DNA of 64,000 nucleotides from Cycas panzhihuaensis (taxonomy: Eukaryota; Plantae; Cycadophyta): the NCBI GenBank assembly GCA_023213395.1, contig CM041465.1, positions 160,463,741 to 160,527,740 on the forward strand. The letters run 5' to 3'. The translations under genes were made by a program, and so were the position numbers. A model generated the notes under the pieces. That model had not been told where the DNA came from and did not search any database. It saw only the letters and a program-made list of their open reading frames with translations. Numbering within the stretch: the stretch's first letter is position 1; each line of letters starts with the position of its first letter. Below, piece after piece: positions 51,904 through 64,000 of the stretch.

Positions 51904-53356
51904 ATGGAGGAAGCATATGCTCTGGTTCTTAATAATAAATAGGATTTGAGGCCTCAATCAGTTTGGGCCTCAAAATCCCTTCAAGACTACCTTAGGAGGA
52001 AACATGCACAGCTTGGCTTATCAACTATGCAACAAAATAACCTCCTAAAAGAAGTTCATGACTTCTTTCTTCTCAATCCACATGAACCACCACCCTAGTC
52101 CCAAGTTTTGTAATATGAAAATCAAGAAAAAAGCTACTGATGAGGATCTCCTTAATACTTTACTAGGAATAGTAGACTATGATATAAACACTATTACCTT
52201 TTGGTTGAGGATATCGAAAGCATCTACATGGAACTCCAGGCGAAAACACTCATTGGTAAATTCAACAATCTTAACCCTCCTGCATGGTCCTTTGAAGAAT
52301 GGGCAAACACGATATAGGCTCCTATTCTTTTAGGTAAGGCTGCCTTTGAACTAGAAAGGAAAGGTTTTTTTAATATTTTCTTTTCAAATACAACAGATTT
52401 AGAAAAGGTATTATATGGAGGTCCTTGGTTCATGCAAAACTCAAGTCTAGCTCTTCAATGTCGGTCCCCCATGTTTTATCTAAGCAACCCTGGGTCTCTA
52501 AAAATCTCAGTTTAGATACGACTACCATTCTTACCTAATGAATTTAAAGAGTGAGAATAATTAATTAAAATAGGTTCTATGTTAGGTAAGGTTATCAAGC
52601 TAGACTTGAACACTCTACTAGTGGGGTGGCAAAAGTGTGTGTTGAGCTTGATATGACTAAACTACTCAAAGAACACCTATTTATTAAAGTTGCAAATAGG
52701 TTAATAAAAATCAACCTAGATTACGAAAGAGTTCCTTTCAGATGCACAACTTGCCATAATATTGGCCATGTGCACAAATTTTATCACATATTTTAGGCAC
52801 CTCCTAATTTAGACCCTTGGAGAGATGAAGTCATTCTAGACCAAGGGCCGCCCATCCAACGAGATACCAATAAGGCAAATAAGGAGGAGTAGTTGATAAG
52901 AAATAACCCCATTAATATTGAGGAAACTCTAAAACCCCACATGGAAATGGCTTCCCATTATTAACATACAATCTCACCTCAAGCTAGAGAAGAAGGAAGG
53001 TGGACGCTTATAAATAGTCATATGCAAATAAAGGTAAAGGCCACCTCACGAGTACTTAGCTTTTAGATGCAAGTTCTAATGACTCTAGAGGTCAGCTTAA
53101 GAAAAGGTTGAAGGCTACTTCATCAATCCAAGGATAAAGATCTGAGGTTGCTGTTGTGCCTAATTCTAGGTGTCCTCGAGATGACCCAGATGACTTGCTT
53201 ATAAAGGAAGTAGAATCCCTATATCATGTTTTAGAAACTCAAGGGTTAAGATCTTCAAATGTGAATGTTCATCAAACTTAGCAACATGCACCTAGCAACG
53301 AAGAAACATTGCACCGTACTCAACTCAAATCTCTAGCTTGGATCAATTCTTCCTAA
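51904..53356 (+). pseudogene. LINE ORF1 (DUF4283-like plus zinc knuckle)
   Basis: 'KGFFNIFF...KVLYGGPWF', 'IRLPFLP.EF', 'IGSMLGKVIKLD', 'DYERVPFRCTTCHNIGHV' (~52719-52772). Confidence 0.85.
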
Positions 53357-53384
53357 CCAAATAAACAGAAATGACTTTTCAGCA

Positions 53385-54944
53385 ATGACCTAGAACATTA
53401 GGGGTATAGGTCCCCCTCACTTTCACAAATGCCTAGAGTTAACACATATAGTTCAGCATCATCATACTCAATTTTTGGTTTTGACAGAAACTCATATTAT
53501 ATCCAATAATGATATACAACATATAACCCAAAGTATATGGCCATTAGCTCAATGGAAAGTAATCATTCAGGGCTAACCCATTAGAGGACTATGTATTTTA
53601 TGAAACAATCAATTGAAGATGCTTCAGTATATTGTAAGCCCTTTCTAGGATTGGTTATATTTAAAAATAGAAAATGATCAATTTGTTTGTTGGGTCATAA
53701 GAGTCTACACCTCTACTAATGCTGAGGTCAGATACGACTCGTGGTAAGTTTTGGTAAGTGCTCTACATAACTATCAAGTTGAGCATGACCATATAGTACT
53801 ATTAGGGGATTTCAATTTTGTGGAGTACTCTAATGATAAATCAGGTAGTAATTTCAAGAGACCTTATCAAAAGGACAATTTAACATTCACTCAACTCAAA
53901 GATGGATTGGGTCTTTCTAAACTTCCTTATAAAGGGCCTCTTAAGTTTACATGGACCAATAATCATCAAGGCAATAATTACATAGCTAAAAGATTGGATA
54001 GAGCTTATATATCAAATTCATTCATCCATCTCATTACTCATTACTAATACATTTTGGTGAATACAATCATGTTATCTGATCATGTTCCTATTAAAATCTA
54101 ACTTACTACTAGAACTAATCCTTCTACTATAGTAAAGATACCTTTTAAAATCAATGTAAGTTTACTCAAGTTGGATGACTTTAGGACAATGCTACAACAA
54201 TGGTGGGAGGAATTGTATACTAGTTCAAAAATTTTAGATAGCCCTAGTGTTTAATGGATAACATTTATGAGGGACATCAAATCCCACATTAAGATTTTTG
54301 ACAATGATTGTAAATGTAAATTTGAGGAGTAGAGGGAGTCCTTATTGGTTGCTATTTGGGATATGCAAAAGGTTTTTAAAGAAGGAAAAGGATCGCCTGA
54401 CCTTCATTCAAGTCTCATTGATTTAAATTATTAATTTCTTCTAATGCAAAATCAAGAAGCTGAAAAATAGAAAGCATGGTTAAATATTCACTGGGAACTT
54501 AACACATATCAAAATTCAAAATTCTTCAACCACTATGCTAAAGTAATGCAACATCAGTGGTCACTTAAGTGCCTATAGGTTACTCATGCCATACAATTTA
54601 GGCTAGGTTTTTCCATTACTTTGATAGATTATGGACCACTCAAGGTTTCTCAGCCTCTAGGCTTAGAGCTTCTCAAATTATTCTATCTAAGGTGAACCTA
54701 ATTTTGGAGGAATATTGTAGAAATCTCAATGATAATCTCAGTATATCGATTACCAAGGAGGAGATTCACAAAATCATGATGAAGCTTCCCAAAGGCAAGT
54801 CACCCAACCAAGATGGAATCCCTGTTGAGCTCCTATTAGCTATATTGTCTGATGAGATGCCTCGACTCCTAGTTGAAGTAGTAGAAGTATTTCATCTAAC
54901 AGGAAGAATACACCCAAATATCAACACAACTATGGTGTCGTTGA
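53385..54944 (+). pseudogene. LINE ORF2, 5' part (APE endonuclease and RT N-terminus)
   Basis: '*NIRG' ~53391, 'LTETH', 'LLGDFN', 'FTWTN..KRLDR', 'LSDHVPI', 'KSPNQDGIPVE'. Confidence 0.9.
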
Positions 54945-55678
54945 TGTTGGGATAATGCCCAATGTTTGAATAATATGCAGTTGTTCTTAGGCCCTTAAAA
55001 GGCACCTCGGGCCACTTATAGCCGCCATGTAGCCACCTAGAGCCAACATGTAGCCACCAGAGCTGACTAAGGTAAGTTATTTTAATAATTCATTTATTAT
55101 TTTGTTATTTTTTAAAAAATTTAGTTTAATGTTAAGTAGAGGCGTTTTCCACTTCCCTAAACCTATGTATTGATGGGGAATACCTCCTTGGTATTTTTTT
55201 ACACTGCCTTCAAATTGGATGCTAGTTAATTTATTTTGAGATGGCCTTGTAATCTTATCACTCTGTCATCGGCTCCAACATTTGGTATCAGAGCACTTGA
55301 TCACTCATGACAAGTTTATTTGTTAAAATTTTAGTTTTATACTATAATTTTAACATTATTTCTTATATAGTTTTTAGAAAATATTTAATGTTTCATATAT
55401 ATATATTTGTTGATAATTGTTTCTTTAATTATTTATTGCAAAAACGATCGCATTCAACATGGCAATAGGCTCGTCTGATTATCTTTGAAATTTATTTGAT
55501 AAATTTTACATTTTTTATCATTCGTCACTATTTTTTCAAAGGTTAAATATAGGGTTCTGTAACTTCGGCAGGTTGGTGTGACCTTCGCGTTGTAGGAAAC
55601 TTCAACAAGTGACTACTCATTCTAATCATGGCTGAGTCTACTTCGCAACAGAAGAATCCATTCCTCATTTGATCCATT

Positions 55679-55993
55679 CTAAGTAGAGAAATCCTTCCCG
55701 TAAGCCTAGTCACTCCTTATGGCCACTGAAACCTCCAGTACACCACTTGTTATCTGCTCATTTTTCTTTCGTTTCTCATCTGATCCCTTTGCAGTATGGT
55801 AGTAGGCCAAGTAAGGGCAGAACTGAGTTATCATTAAGTATTTTTGGGCCCTCTCTAAGTCATACAGCCTCCATGTAATCTGTCAACCTCCCTAGACACT
55901 GTTGCTTTGTTCTTTGTGTGTGTTAATCCATTCTCCATAAAATTTTAGAGGTCCCTAGCCAATAAGGAGACCTATCCATTTATTAGTTTTCAT
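55679..55993 (-). pseudogene. Decayed antisense ORF in the copia E leader (internally deleted homolog of 8933-9415)
   Basis: MKTNKWIGLLIG*GPLKFYGEWINTHKEQS / GRLTDYMEAV*LREGPKILND / LAYYH..DEKRKKNEQITSGVLEVSVAIRSD*AYGKDFST*, with frameshifts between the blocks. Confidence 0.5.
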
Positions 55994-58072
55994 GGTGATA
56001 TATCACTCTAGTGAGCAAATTGAGCTCATCGAAGTTGCCTCTGCGTGGACACATAGATTTACGCAACTGTTTTTTGTTTTTTATATATTTATAAATATAT
56101 ATTTCAAATATCTTAATCTCTATCAAGGTGCCCCCCACTATATGATTGAATCAATTAGTTTTTGGATCGATTTATGATTGATTAATAGTCCTTCTACGTC
56201 ACTATTATTTACGCTCCCACCGTCGTTTTTCTTTCAACATATTTGATTTTTGTTTATTTTTTCTCAATCAATAAATATTTCTTTTAATGTTTTTTCTCTG
56301 AAAAATCTTGGTGACAATAGTGGAGTGTTTTGATCTATTTTTTGATAAAATATTGATGAATTTTATATGGATTTCGCGTTTGTTCAGTTGTCTATTAATG
56401 TTCACTTAACTTCATTGAAATATTTTTTATTTTTTAAAAGTTTCACAAAAATTTAATTAAATTTAATAAACTTTCAAATCTGCATGGGTGTTTATGTTTT
56501 TAGCCCCCTTCATCATTGGCCCTTAGTCATATCTCGGTCCACATGAACGTGCCTTTTGTATTAAAGGGGTTAGTCTACTATATTTCAATTTTTTTAGTTT
56601 TTTACATAAAGATGACTATTAGATCTTTCAGTTGTATCTTTGCATTGGAAAGTTAGATTTTCATAAAATTGGACTCGTTGGATCTACATTTTAGAGCTAT
56701 ATAGTATAGAGTCATCTTTTACTCATTTTGAGTTTGTTTTTGTAGCATTTAAGTTGGTCAAAGTGTATCTTTATTTATTGCACTTATTTCACTTACCATA
56801 AGAAGGTTTCTTCACAGTTTCTTTAATATCTTGAGCTCTATAGCTCCAAATCATAAAATGTCTAAACCGACTAAAAGATATTTTAGAGCTCTTTATGATA
56901 GAATAGGTTTCGCTTCATTTTGACTTTATTTTGTAGGTTATTGAAGCTTCTCAAGTTAAGGTTCTAATTCAATCTTACTTAGATATTTTGGTGATATTTT
57001 TGAACCAAATTCTTTTACAATTAAATATGTTTGATTAATATCTATTTTTTAGCTAATTATTAACAATGTTTATTGATTTTTATTAGACTTATAAGCTATT
57101 TTTATATCTCTTTAGCATTTTTTGGCTTTTGAATTAAAAGGACCCTTTGTTATGCTCAAAACTAAAATCAAGTACTTTTTACTTTGGCATTTCATTTCTA
57201 TTACATTTAAAAGTATCTATAAACTATGTTCTTAATTGATTAAGGAGATTGCATTGAATATTGATGCTTTTTAAGGCCATTTTACCTTCTTATTTACTTA
57301 TCAAGTACACTTTATTTTACAAATATTTCTTTAAAGAGTTTATTCACATCTTACTTATATTTCATTTAGAAGCATTTACCAACCTTTTTTTATGTACTTA
57401 AGCTCTTCTTTCATTAGTTAAAGAAATTTTAAGTTGCTTAAGGCCTCCTCACATACCTTAAAGTCATTTATATGCATCTTTGCATAAAAATTGATATATA
57501 TTTCTTGATACATTCAAGATTTAAGTTCCTTAATTATATTTTATAAGGTTTCTTATGCATTCTTGGTGAAAAGGACATAAGCATTAAATATTCATTTTTG
57601 AAAGGAATTATCTAGTTAAAGGATTCATCTTCTTTGTTTAAAAAGGTTTTTTGAGCATTTGAAAGATCATTGATTCATTTGTAGATCTCTCATTTGATTT
57701 ATTTAAAAAGCATTAAAAGTTGCTTCAAGGTTCTTTGTAAAAAAGAAAATTGCTTATTAAGACATTCTTATATAAAAGTATTCAAATTGAAAGAGCATAA
57801 ATATTATTTAGCTTTCATTATTTCAAGCAAGTTTTTTATTTTGTTCAAATAAAAGATAAAAAGATTACATATTTGTACCTACATTATTTCATTGAAAGTA
57901 ATATTTATTTTATTTAAAAGTATTAGTTATTTGAAATGATATCTAATCTTACTTATTTGAAAGTTTCTTTTGAAGGATTAAAAGAAACCCTTGTATGCTT
58001 AAGCAAGACCACATTTAAAATTAATTTTTTTCATATTAATAAAATAATCCCTTAAATTAATTACACTTATTT

Positions 58073-58512
58073 TAGCTTCGCAAGGGGAATAATTAGGACC
58101 CCTAAAGTTACCACCATGCATATGCCCTTGGCCTACTCATATTAGATAAAGAACATCATTGGCTATTAGGTGTATTAGGTGGTATGCTAAGGTGGAGAAC
58201 CTTTTCTTTCTAGAGTTTGGAGACCAAGGCTAGACCTAAAGAGGGTGAGTACCTTAGTTTGTAAAACTTTCACCGCTAGATTTGTCGTTAGGTATAAGAC
58301 TAGTACAGATGGACCAACAATTTAGGGAGGTGTAACAACCTTCTTAGTAACTTAGGTATTGAGGTATATCAATTCTAGAGCTCACATACTAGTATATTAG
58401 GTCTCTATTTTGCCACTTATAGGTAGGAACCACTAGATAAGATAACAACTAAAAGTTTTCTTTAGAGACCCTTAGGCTTAGAGCTTAGAAACCTTTATAG
58501 GGACAATGACAC
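58073..58512 (+). other. Conserved pre-gag non-coding module, copy 2
   Basis: Colinear with 10783-11225 and with the reverse complement of 29560-30008. Confidence 0.75.
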
Positions 58513-58631
58513 TTGACAAATATTTTAAAAATTTAAAACTTTATTTTTTAGTCAAATTTTCAAACCTTAATTAGATATTATATTATTAAGGGTATTCTTA
58601 TCAAAGATATATCAAACTTAGTTGAGACATA

Positions 58632-61600
58632 ATGGCATTCAATTTTGGTAATATGATTATTTCCAAATTTGATAGCTCTAACTTTCTAAATTATAGTAGG
58701 AGGATGAGACCCATCCTCATAGCTAATGAAATGTAGCATATTATGAGAATAAGATATACCAAATTATGTTAAAACTCAATAGATCTAGAGAAGCTAGCCT
58801 ACAAAGCAAATGCCAAGAAAGATATTGAAGCATTATCTTTAATATTATGCACACTAGAAGACCATATATTTTCAAGAGTTAGTGAATTAGTAACCTCTAA
58901 AGAAGCATGGGATACCTTATAGTTAATCTATGAAGGGGTTACCTCCTCAAAATTACAAACCCTAAGGAGCAAGTTTGAAAATCTTAGGATGATGTCGAAT
59001 GAATTTATAACTAATTTTATGACTAAGGTGGAAGATATAGTTAATCAAATGAGATCACTTAGGGATACTTTGACAGAACAAAGGGTATTCAAATGAATCT
59101 TAAGATGTGTTAGCACTATTAAGAGATTTGAAATGGTTGATACTAACATTAGTGTGTTAAAGGACTTAAGTATATTGAAGACTGGGTAACTAAGTACTCT
59201 ATTGATGACAATAGAGGAGCAACAAAATACCAATGAATCTCTTAAATATGCCTTTACTATTAAAGCAAGAATTCAATCCAATTCTCAATTGGGTACCTCC
59301 AAAACTATAGATTAATCTTCTAAGGGTAGATCGGGAACCCTAGACAAGATGTGCATGAAGAAAGATAACCCAAATATTAAGTCACATACTAAAGAAGACA
59401 ATGAGCTAACCCAAGGAATATTAGCTATGATAGATACCAAAGGCAAGAAAGAAATCAAAGGATAATCCAATGTTATCCAAATTGTAAAGGAGACATGCCA
59501 CTTCAAAGGAATAATCCTTGTTATTTAAATAATAGAAAAAGGGAGATTCAAGTTCCATTCATAGAAAGAGGGAAACCAACTCATGTTGATAGGTCCTATC
59601 CTCATAGCAAGAGCCTAAGTTTTGGTAAATGAGACTTACCTTATTGTATCTTTTGCAATCGAGTTGGCCATACAGAAGACAAATGCTTTGCTAAATATGG
59701 TCATCCAAATAAAGGAAGTGCTAATACTCCTATAGAAGCAAGGGAAAATAATCATCTTTTCTTATCTATTTTCATTACCCATAACGATGAAGATGATATC
59801 TAGTATATTAACTTAGGTTGTTCTACTCACATGACATACAAGGAGCATCTATTTTGTACTTTGGATATAACCAAAAGGGATCAATTATATTTTGTGATGA
59901 TGCTTCCTATGAGTTTATTGGAAGAGGAAACATAGTGTTATAAATATAATTAGGAAACTCTAGATACCTTGATGATGTACTTTATGTGCCAGCCCTTAAG
60001 AAAAATCTTCTATCTGTGGGATAGATGATGGGTTAGGATTACAAGGTAATCTTTGATAATGAAGAATGTACTATCAAAGATAAGAGAAGAAATAAGGTAA
60101 TTATATCTAAAGGGAAAATGACTAAGGATAGATTCTTCAAACTAGTCCTTACTATTTCTGATAATTATGTCTTAAAAACATTAATAAAATTTGATAACGA
60201 CATGTGGCACAAGAGATTTGGCCACTTAAGTTATAGAAGTCTAGCATTAATGAACAAGACAGATATAGTAGATGGATTACCACATATTGATGTTGATAAA
60301 AGTATTTATGAAGGATGCCTTCTTAGAAAACAACATAGGGAAAGTTTTCCAGACTACAACTATAAAGTCATAGGACCTCTCCAATTAATATACATAGATA
60401 TTTGTGGTCTTATGGATATTCCCTCATTAGCAGGTGTAAGATACTTTATTACATTCATTGATAATATTACAAGGAAGGCGCGGTTTTACTTTCTCATATT
60501 TAAATCAGATGCTTTTTAATACTCTATCGATTTCAAAATCTATGTGGAAAGACAAGGCGGTTATAAAATCCTTTCCTTATGATCAGATAATGGGGGAGAG
60601 TTCATTTCCAATGAATTCAAAGCTTATTGTGCTCATTATGGGATAAGGAGACAACTTACAAATACATACACCCCATAACAAAATGGTGTAGTAGAAAGAA
60701 AGAACCACACTATAGTTGAAATAGATAGGTGTATATTAAAAGACAATAAATTAGGCCATGAATTTCGGGCTGAGGTAGTTCATACAGTTGTATACTTAAT
60801 CAATATATGTACCATCAAAGAACTAAGGTGGAAAATGCCTGAAGAAGCTTGGACAAGATATAAGTCTAGTATTCATCACTTAAGAGTTTTTTAATGCTTA
60901 GCATATGTACATGTGCCCGATCAAAGAGGATCCAAGCTAGATGATCATAGCATTAAATACACATTCCTTGGATATAATGATGCTTAAAAATCCTACAAAG
61001 TCTATGATCCTAAATTTTGGAAGTTTATGGTGAGTTGAGATATTAAATTTTAAGAAGATGACTATTATTACTTTGATGACATTCAAAACAAAAAGAGTGG
61101 TGTGATGATCAATCTTGATTCTATTAAGTCTAAATATGCATCACCTAGGCATAAATCAAGACAAACAATTAATGTATCAAGTAGGAAGGAAACCTCTTCT
61201 CAACCTCCACCATAATACCTACTAAAATGGGTTCAAAGAAATGATGACATGGGTAACATCTTGGATAACAATTATAATTGGAGATATACTCATACACATA
61301 GGGTAAACTTTGCCCTAATGAGTCAACTTATGGAAACCCATGAGCCTCAAATCTTTGATAAGGCCAATACATATGCTTCTTGGAGAAAGGCAATGGAAGA
61401 ATAATATCACTCCATTATTAAGAATGATACTTGGGAATTAGTTAACTTACCCCTCAATAAAAGGGCAATTGGTACTAAGTGGGTTTATAAAACTAAGTTC
61501 TAATCTAACAGATCAATCAATAAATATAAAGCTAGATTGGTTGCTAAAGGCTATGCACAAAAAGAAGGTATTGACTATAGTGAGACTTTTGCTCCTATTA

Positions 61601-62865
61601 CACGAATAGAAACTATTTATATGATGATGAGTTTGGCAGTACAAATGAGTTGGAATTTTTATTAAATGGATGTAAAAAGCACTCTCCTTAATGGTTACAT
61701 TGAAGAGGATATTTATGTTTTTCAACCCCTCAATTTTAAAGTCAGGGGGGAAGAAGACAAAACATATAAACTCAAAAAGTCACTTTATGGTTTAAAGTAA
61801 GTATGTAGGGTTTGGTATTCTCACATTGACAAATATTTTAGAGATTAAGATTTTGAAAGGTCTCAATCAGACCTAAATTTGTATATCAAAATTAAAAGAG
61901 ATTATATCCTAATTATGCGACTCTATACAGATGATCTTGTATACACTGGTAATGATCCCCATCTTTTACAAACCTTTAAGGAAGTCATATATAAAGAATT
62001 CAAAATAATAGATTTAGGATTAATGCATTACTTCTTAGGTTTGGAAGTATGGCAGGACAAAAATAACATCTTCATCTCTCAAAGAAAATATACCTTGGGC
62101 TTACTACAAAAGTTTAGGATATCCGACTACAAATCTTTACTAACTCCAACTGAAATAGGGATCAAGTTATCTAAACTAGATGATTCTACACATGTTGATC
62201 TCACACTTTACAGACAATTAATTGGAAGTTTGATTTACTTAACTTATACTTAACCAGACATCATGCATTCAGTCAGCGTAGTTTCTAGATTCATGTAAGA
62301 TCCCAAGACTACTCATTGATAAGAAGCCAAAAGGATTCTATGATATCTTAAAGGTACTATAGAATATGGTTTATATTATAAATCTTCATCAAATTTTAGA
62401 TTGATAGGATATATAGATTTAAATTTGGTAAGTGACATCGATGACAGACAATCTACTTTAGGTTGCACTTTTAGTATGGGTTCAACAACCATAGCTTGGA
62501 GTACTAAATAACAAAATACAATCTCTTTATCCACATCTGAAGTAGAATATAAAGGAATAGTCTTTGGCACATGCAAAACTATACAATTAAGATGACTTCT
62601 ATAAGATTTTTTGATAGAGTCAAAAGGACCAACTAAAATCTAGTGTGATAATCAAAGCACAATTTAGATGACAAGGAATCCTATATTTCATGGTAGAATA
62701 AAGCATATAGAAACTTAGCATCACTTCATTAGAGAATTAGTTCAAGCAGGTGAGATTGAATTGGCATATTACAATATAGAAGACCAAATAGTAAACATAT
62801 TTACAAAGGTATTAGGAAAGATCAAATTTCACAAATTCAGGGACAAACTTGGAGTTCTACACAAT
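58632..62865 (+). pseudogene. Copia E gag-pol, pseudogenised
   Basis: CCHC 'CIFCNRVGHTEDKC' ~59645. GAG-pre-integrase 'WHKRFGHL' and integrase 'DICG..YFITFIDN' (60118-60519). RT 'YTDDLVYTG..DLGLMHYFLGLEV' (61879-62253). Confidence 0.93.
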
Positions 62866-63212
62866 GGCCATTATGGGGGAGAATGTTGGGATAATGCCCA
62901 ATGTTCGAATAATATGCAACCATTCTTAGCCCCCCCAAAAGGCACCTCAGACTGCCTATAGCTGCTATGTAGCCATATAGAGTTGACATGCAACCACCAG
63001 AGCTGACTAAGATAAGTTATTTTAATAATTCATTTTATTATTTTTTGAATTTTTGGTTTAATGTCGAGTAGAGGTGCTTGTCACCTCTCCAAACCTATAT
63101 ATTGATGGGGAATGCCTCCCTGGTATTTTTTAACACTGCCTTTAAATCAGATGATGGTTAATTTATTTTGAGATGGCCTTGTAATCTTACTGCTCTGTCC
63201 TTAGCTCTAGCA

Positions 63213-64000
63213 CTTGATTCTAAAAAGTGGCTTTCCATCCACCATCTACTAGTGGAGACCCATGAGTCTCTATAACACCTCATATAAGATAATAACTAAT
63301 GTTTTAGCTAATCAGCTTAAAGAGTTCCTCTTAAAAGTCGTTAATGAAAATTAAACAATGTTTATAAGAGGTTGACACATAGAAGATAGCATTATTATCA
63401 TTGATGAAGCTTTCCATGCCATATGTACAAAAAAGAAATAAGCAACTTTACTCAAATTGGACATCAACAAAACATATGATACATGGAATGAGACTTCCTT
63501 TTTTCCATTCATTCCCAAAAGGGTTTATAACTAGAATATATCAACTGGATCAAAGCCATGATTTCTTCAGTTTCAATGGCCATTAAAATCAATGGGTTAA
63601 TCAATAGCCTTATCTATATAAGTAGAGGAATACACCAGGGTTGCCCCCTATCTCCTTATCTCTTCATGATCACTATGGAAGGCCTCTCTTCCCTGCTAGT
63701 ATGGCTTTAATTAGTAGGTCTTCTCCAAGGGATTTCTATTGATGGAATAGAGAACAAAAAACATCAAATATTCGTAGATGATACCATTATGTTGGCTCAT
63801 CCTTCATAAGTAGAAATCAATATTTGGAGCCAAGTGCTTAGTGTTTTTTGCCTTTCCACTAGGATGAAAATCAATCACAGTAAATCCAACATCATTCTCA
63901 GTGAAGTGGATATAGAGGGTTAATCCACTTTGTCAACTATTCTTGCAGTCCCATCCCATTCACTCCTAGATCCATGATCTCAAATATTTAGGCATCCTTA
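63213..64000 (+). pseudogene. LINE ORF2, 3' part (RT core)
   Basis: 'WRPMSL', 'KLDINKTYD', 'QGCPLSPYLF' ~63635, 'FVDDT' ~63771, 'MKINHSKS'. Confidence 0.92.

Larger units (their letters stand above)
54945..63212 (+). mobile_element. Full-length degenerate Ty1/copia element E with a 3.3-kb leader
   Basis: LTRs 54945-55280 and 62884-63212. Perfect PBS TGGTATCAGAGC at 55283-55294. PPT GGGGGAGAA at 62875-62883. TSD GTTGA/CTTGA (1 mismatch). Confidence 0.93.
51260..64000 (+). mobile_element. Near full-length degenerate L1-type LINE, split by copia E and running off the window end
   Basis: ORF1, endonuclease and RT are in order. The RT reading 'TTMVSL|ILK..WRPMSL' rejoins across 54944/63218. 5' boundary approximate. 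Confidence 0.88.

Noticed and set aside
55628-55960. Sense-strand uORF (MAESTSQQ...) in the copia E leader
   Set aside because: Both A and E carry TGA at the same codon in this frame, and the substitution pattern fits the antisense frame better.
59465-59525. Second zinc knuckle in copia E gag (QCY..NCK)
   Set aside because: His/Cys spacing cannot be recovered without assuming several frameshifts.

Overview
Eukaryotic, almost certainly land-plant, intergenic or heterochromatic DNA: AT-rich, strongly CpG-depleted and made almost entirely of nested, decayed retrotransposons. No intact host protein-coding gene is recognisable, and most ORFs in the track are retroelement fragments or their antisense shadows. 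Four copia elements can be delimited by paired LTRs and target-site duplications (TSDs): 18977-24287 (-), 24756-39483 (-), 30621-38213 (+, nested in the previous one) and 54945-63212 (+, nested in a LINE). Also present are one near-complete chromoviral gypsy element (39529-~46360), two L1-type LINEs (46690-49040; ~51260-64000) and several truncated copia and gypsy relics in 1-18700. Three observations stand out. (1) A ~450-nt non-coding module directly upstream of gag is conserved across copia elements whose gag proteins and LTRs have diverged. (2) An antisense ORF of ~160 codons, with a coding-type substitution pattern, lies in the long PBS-to-gag leader of one copia family. (3) A ~1.2-kb CpG-retaining island (49040-50220) is not explained by any transposon. 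All alignments and translations were done by eye, and coordinates of degenerate features are approximate.
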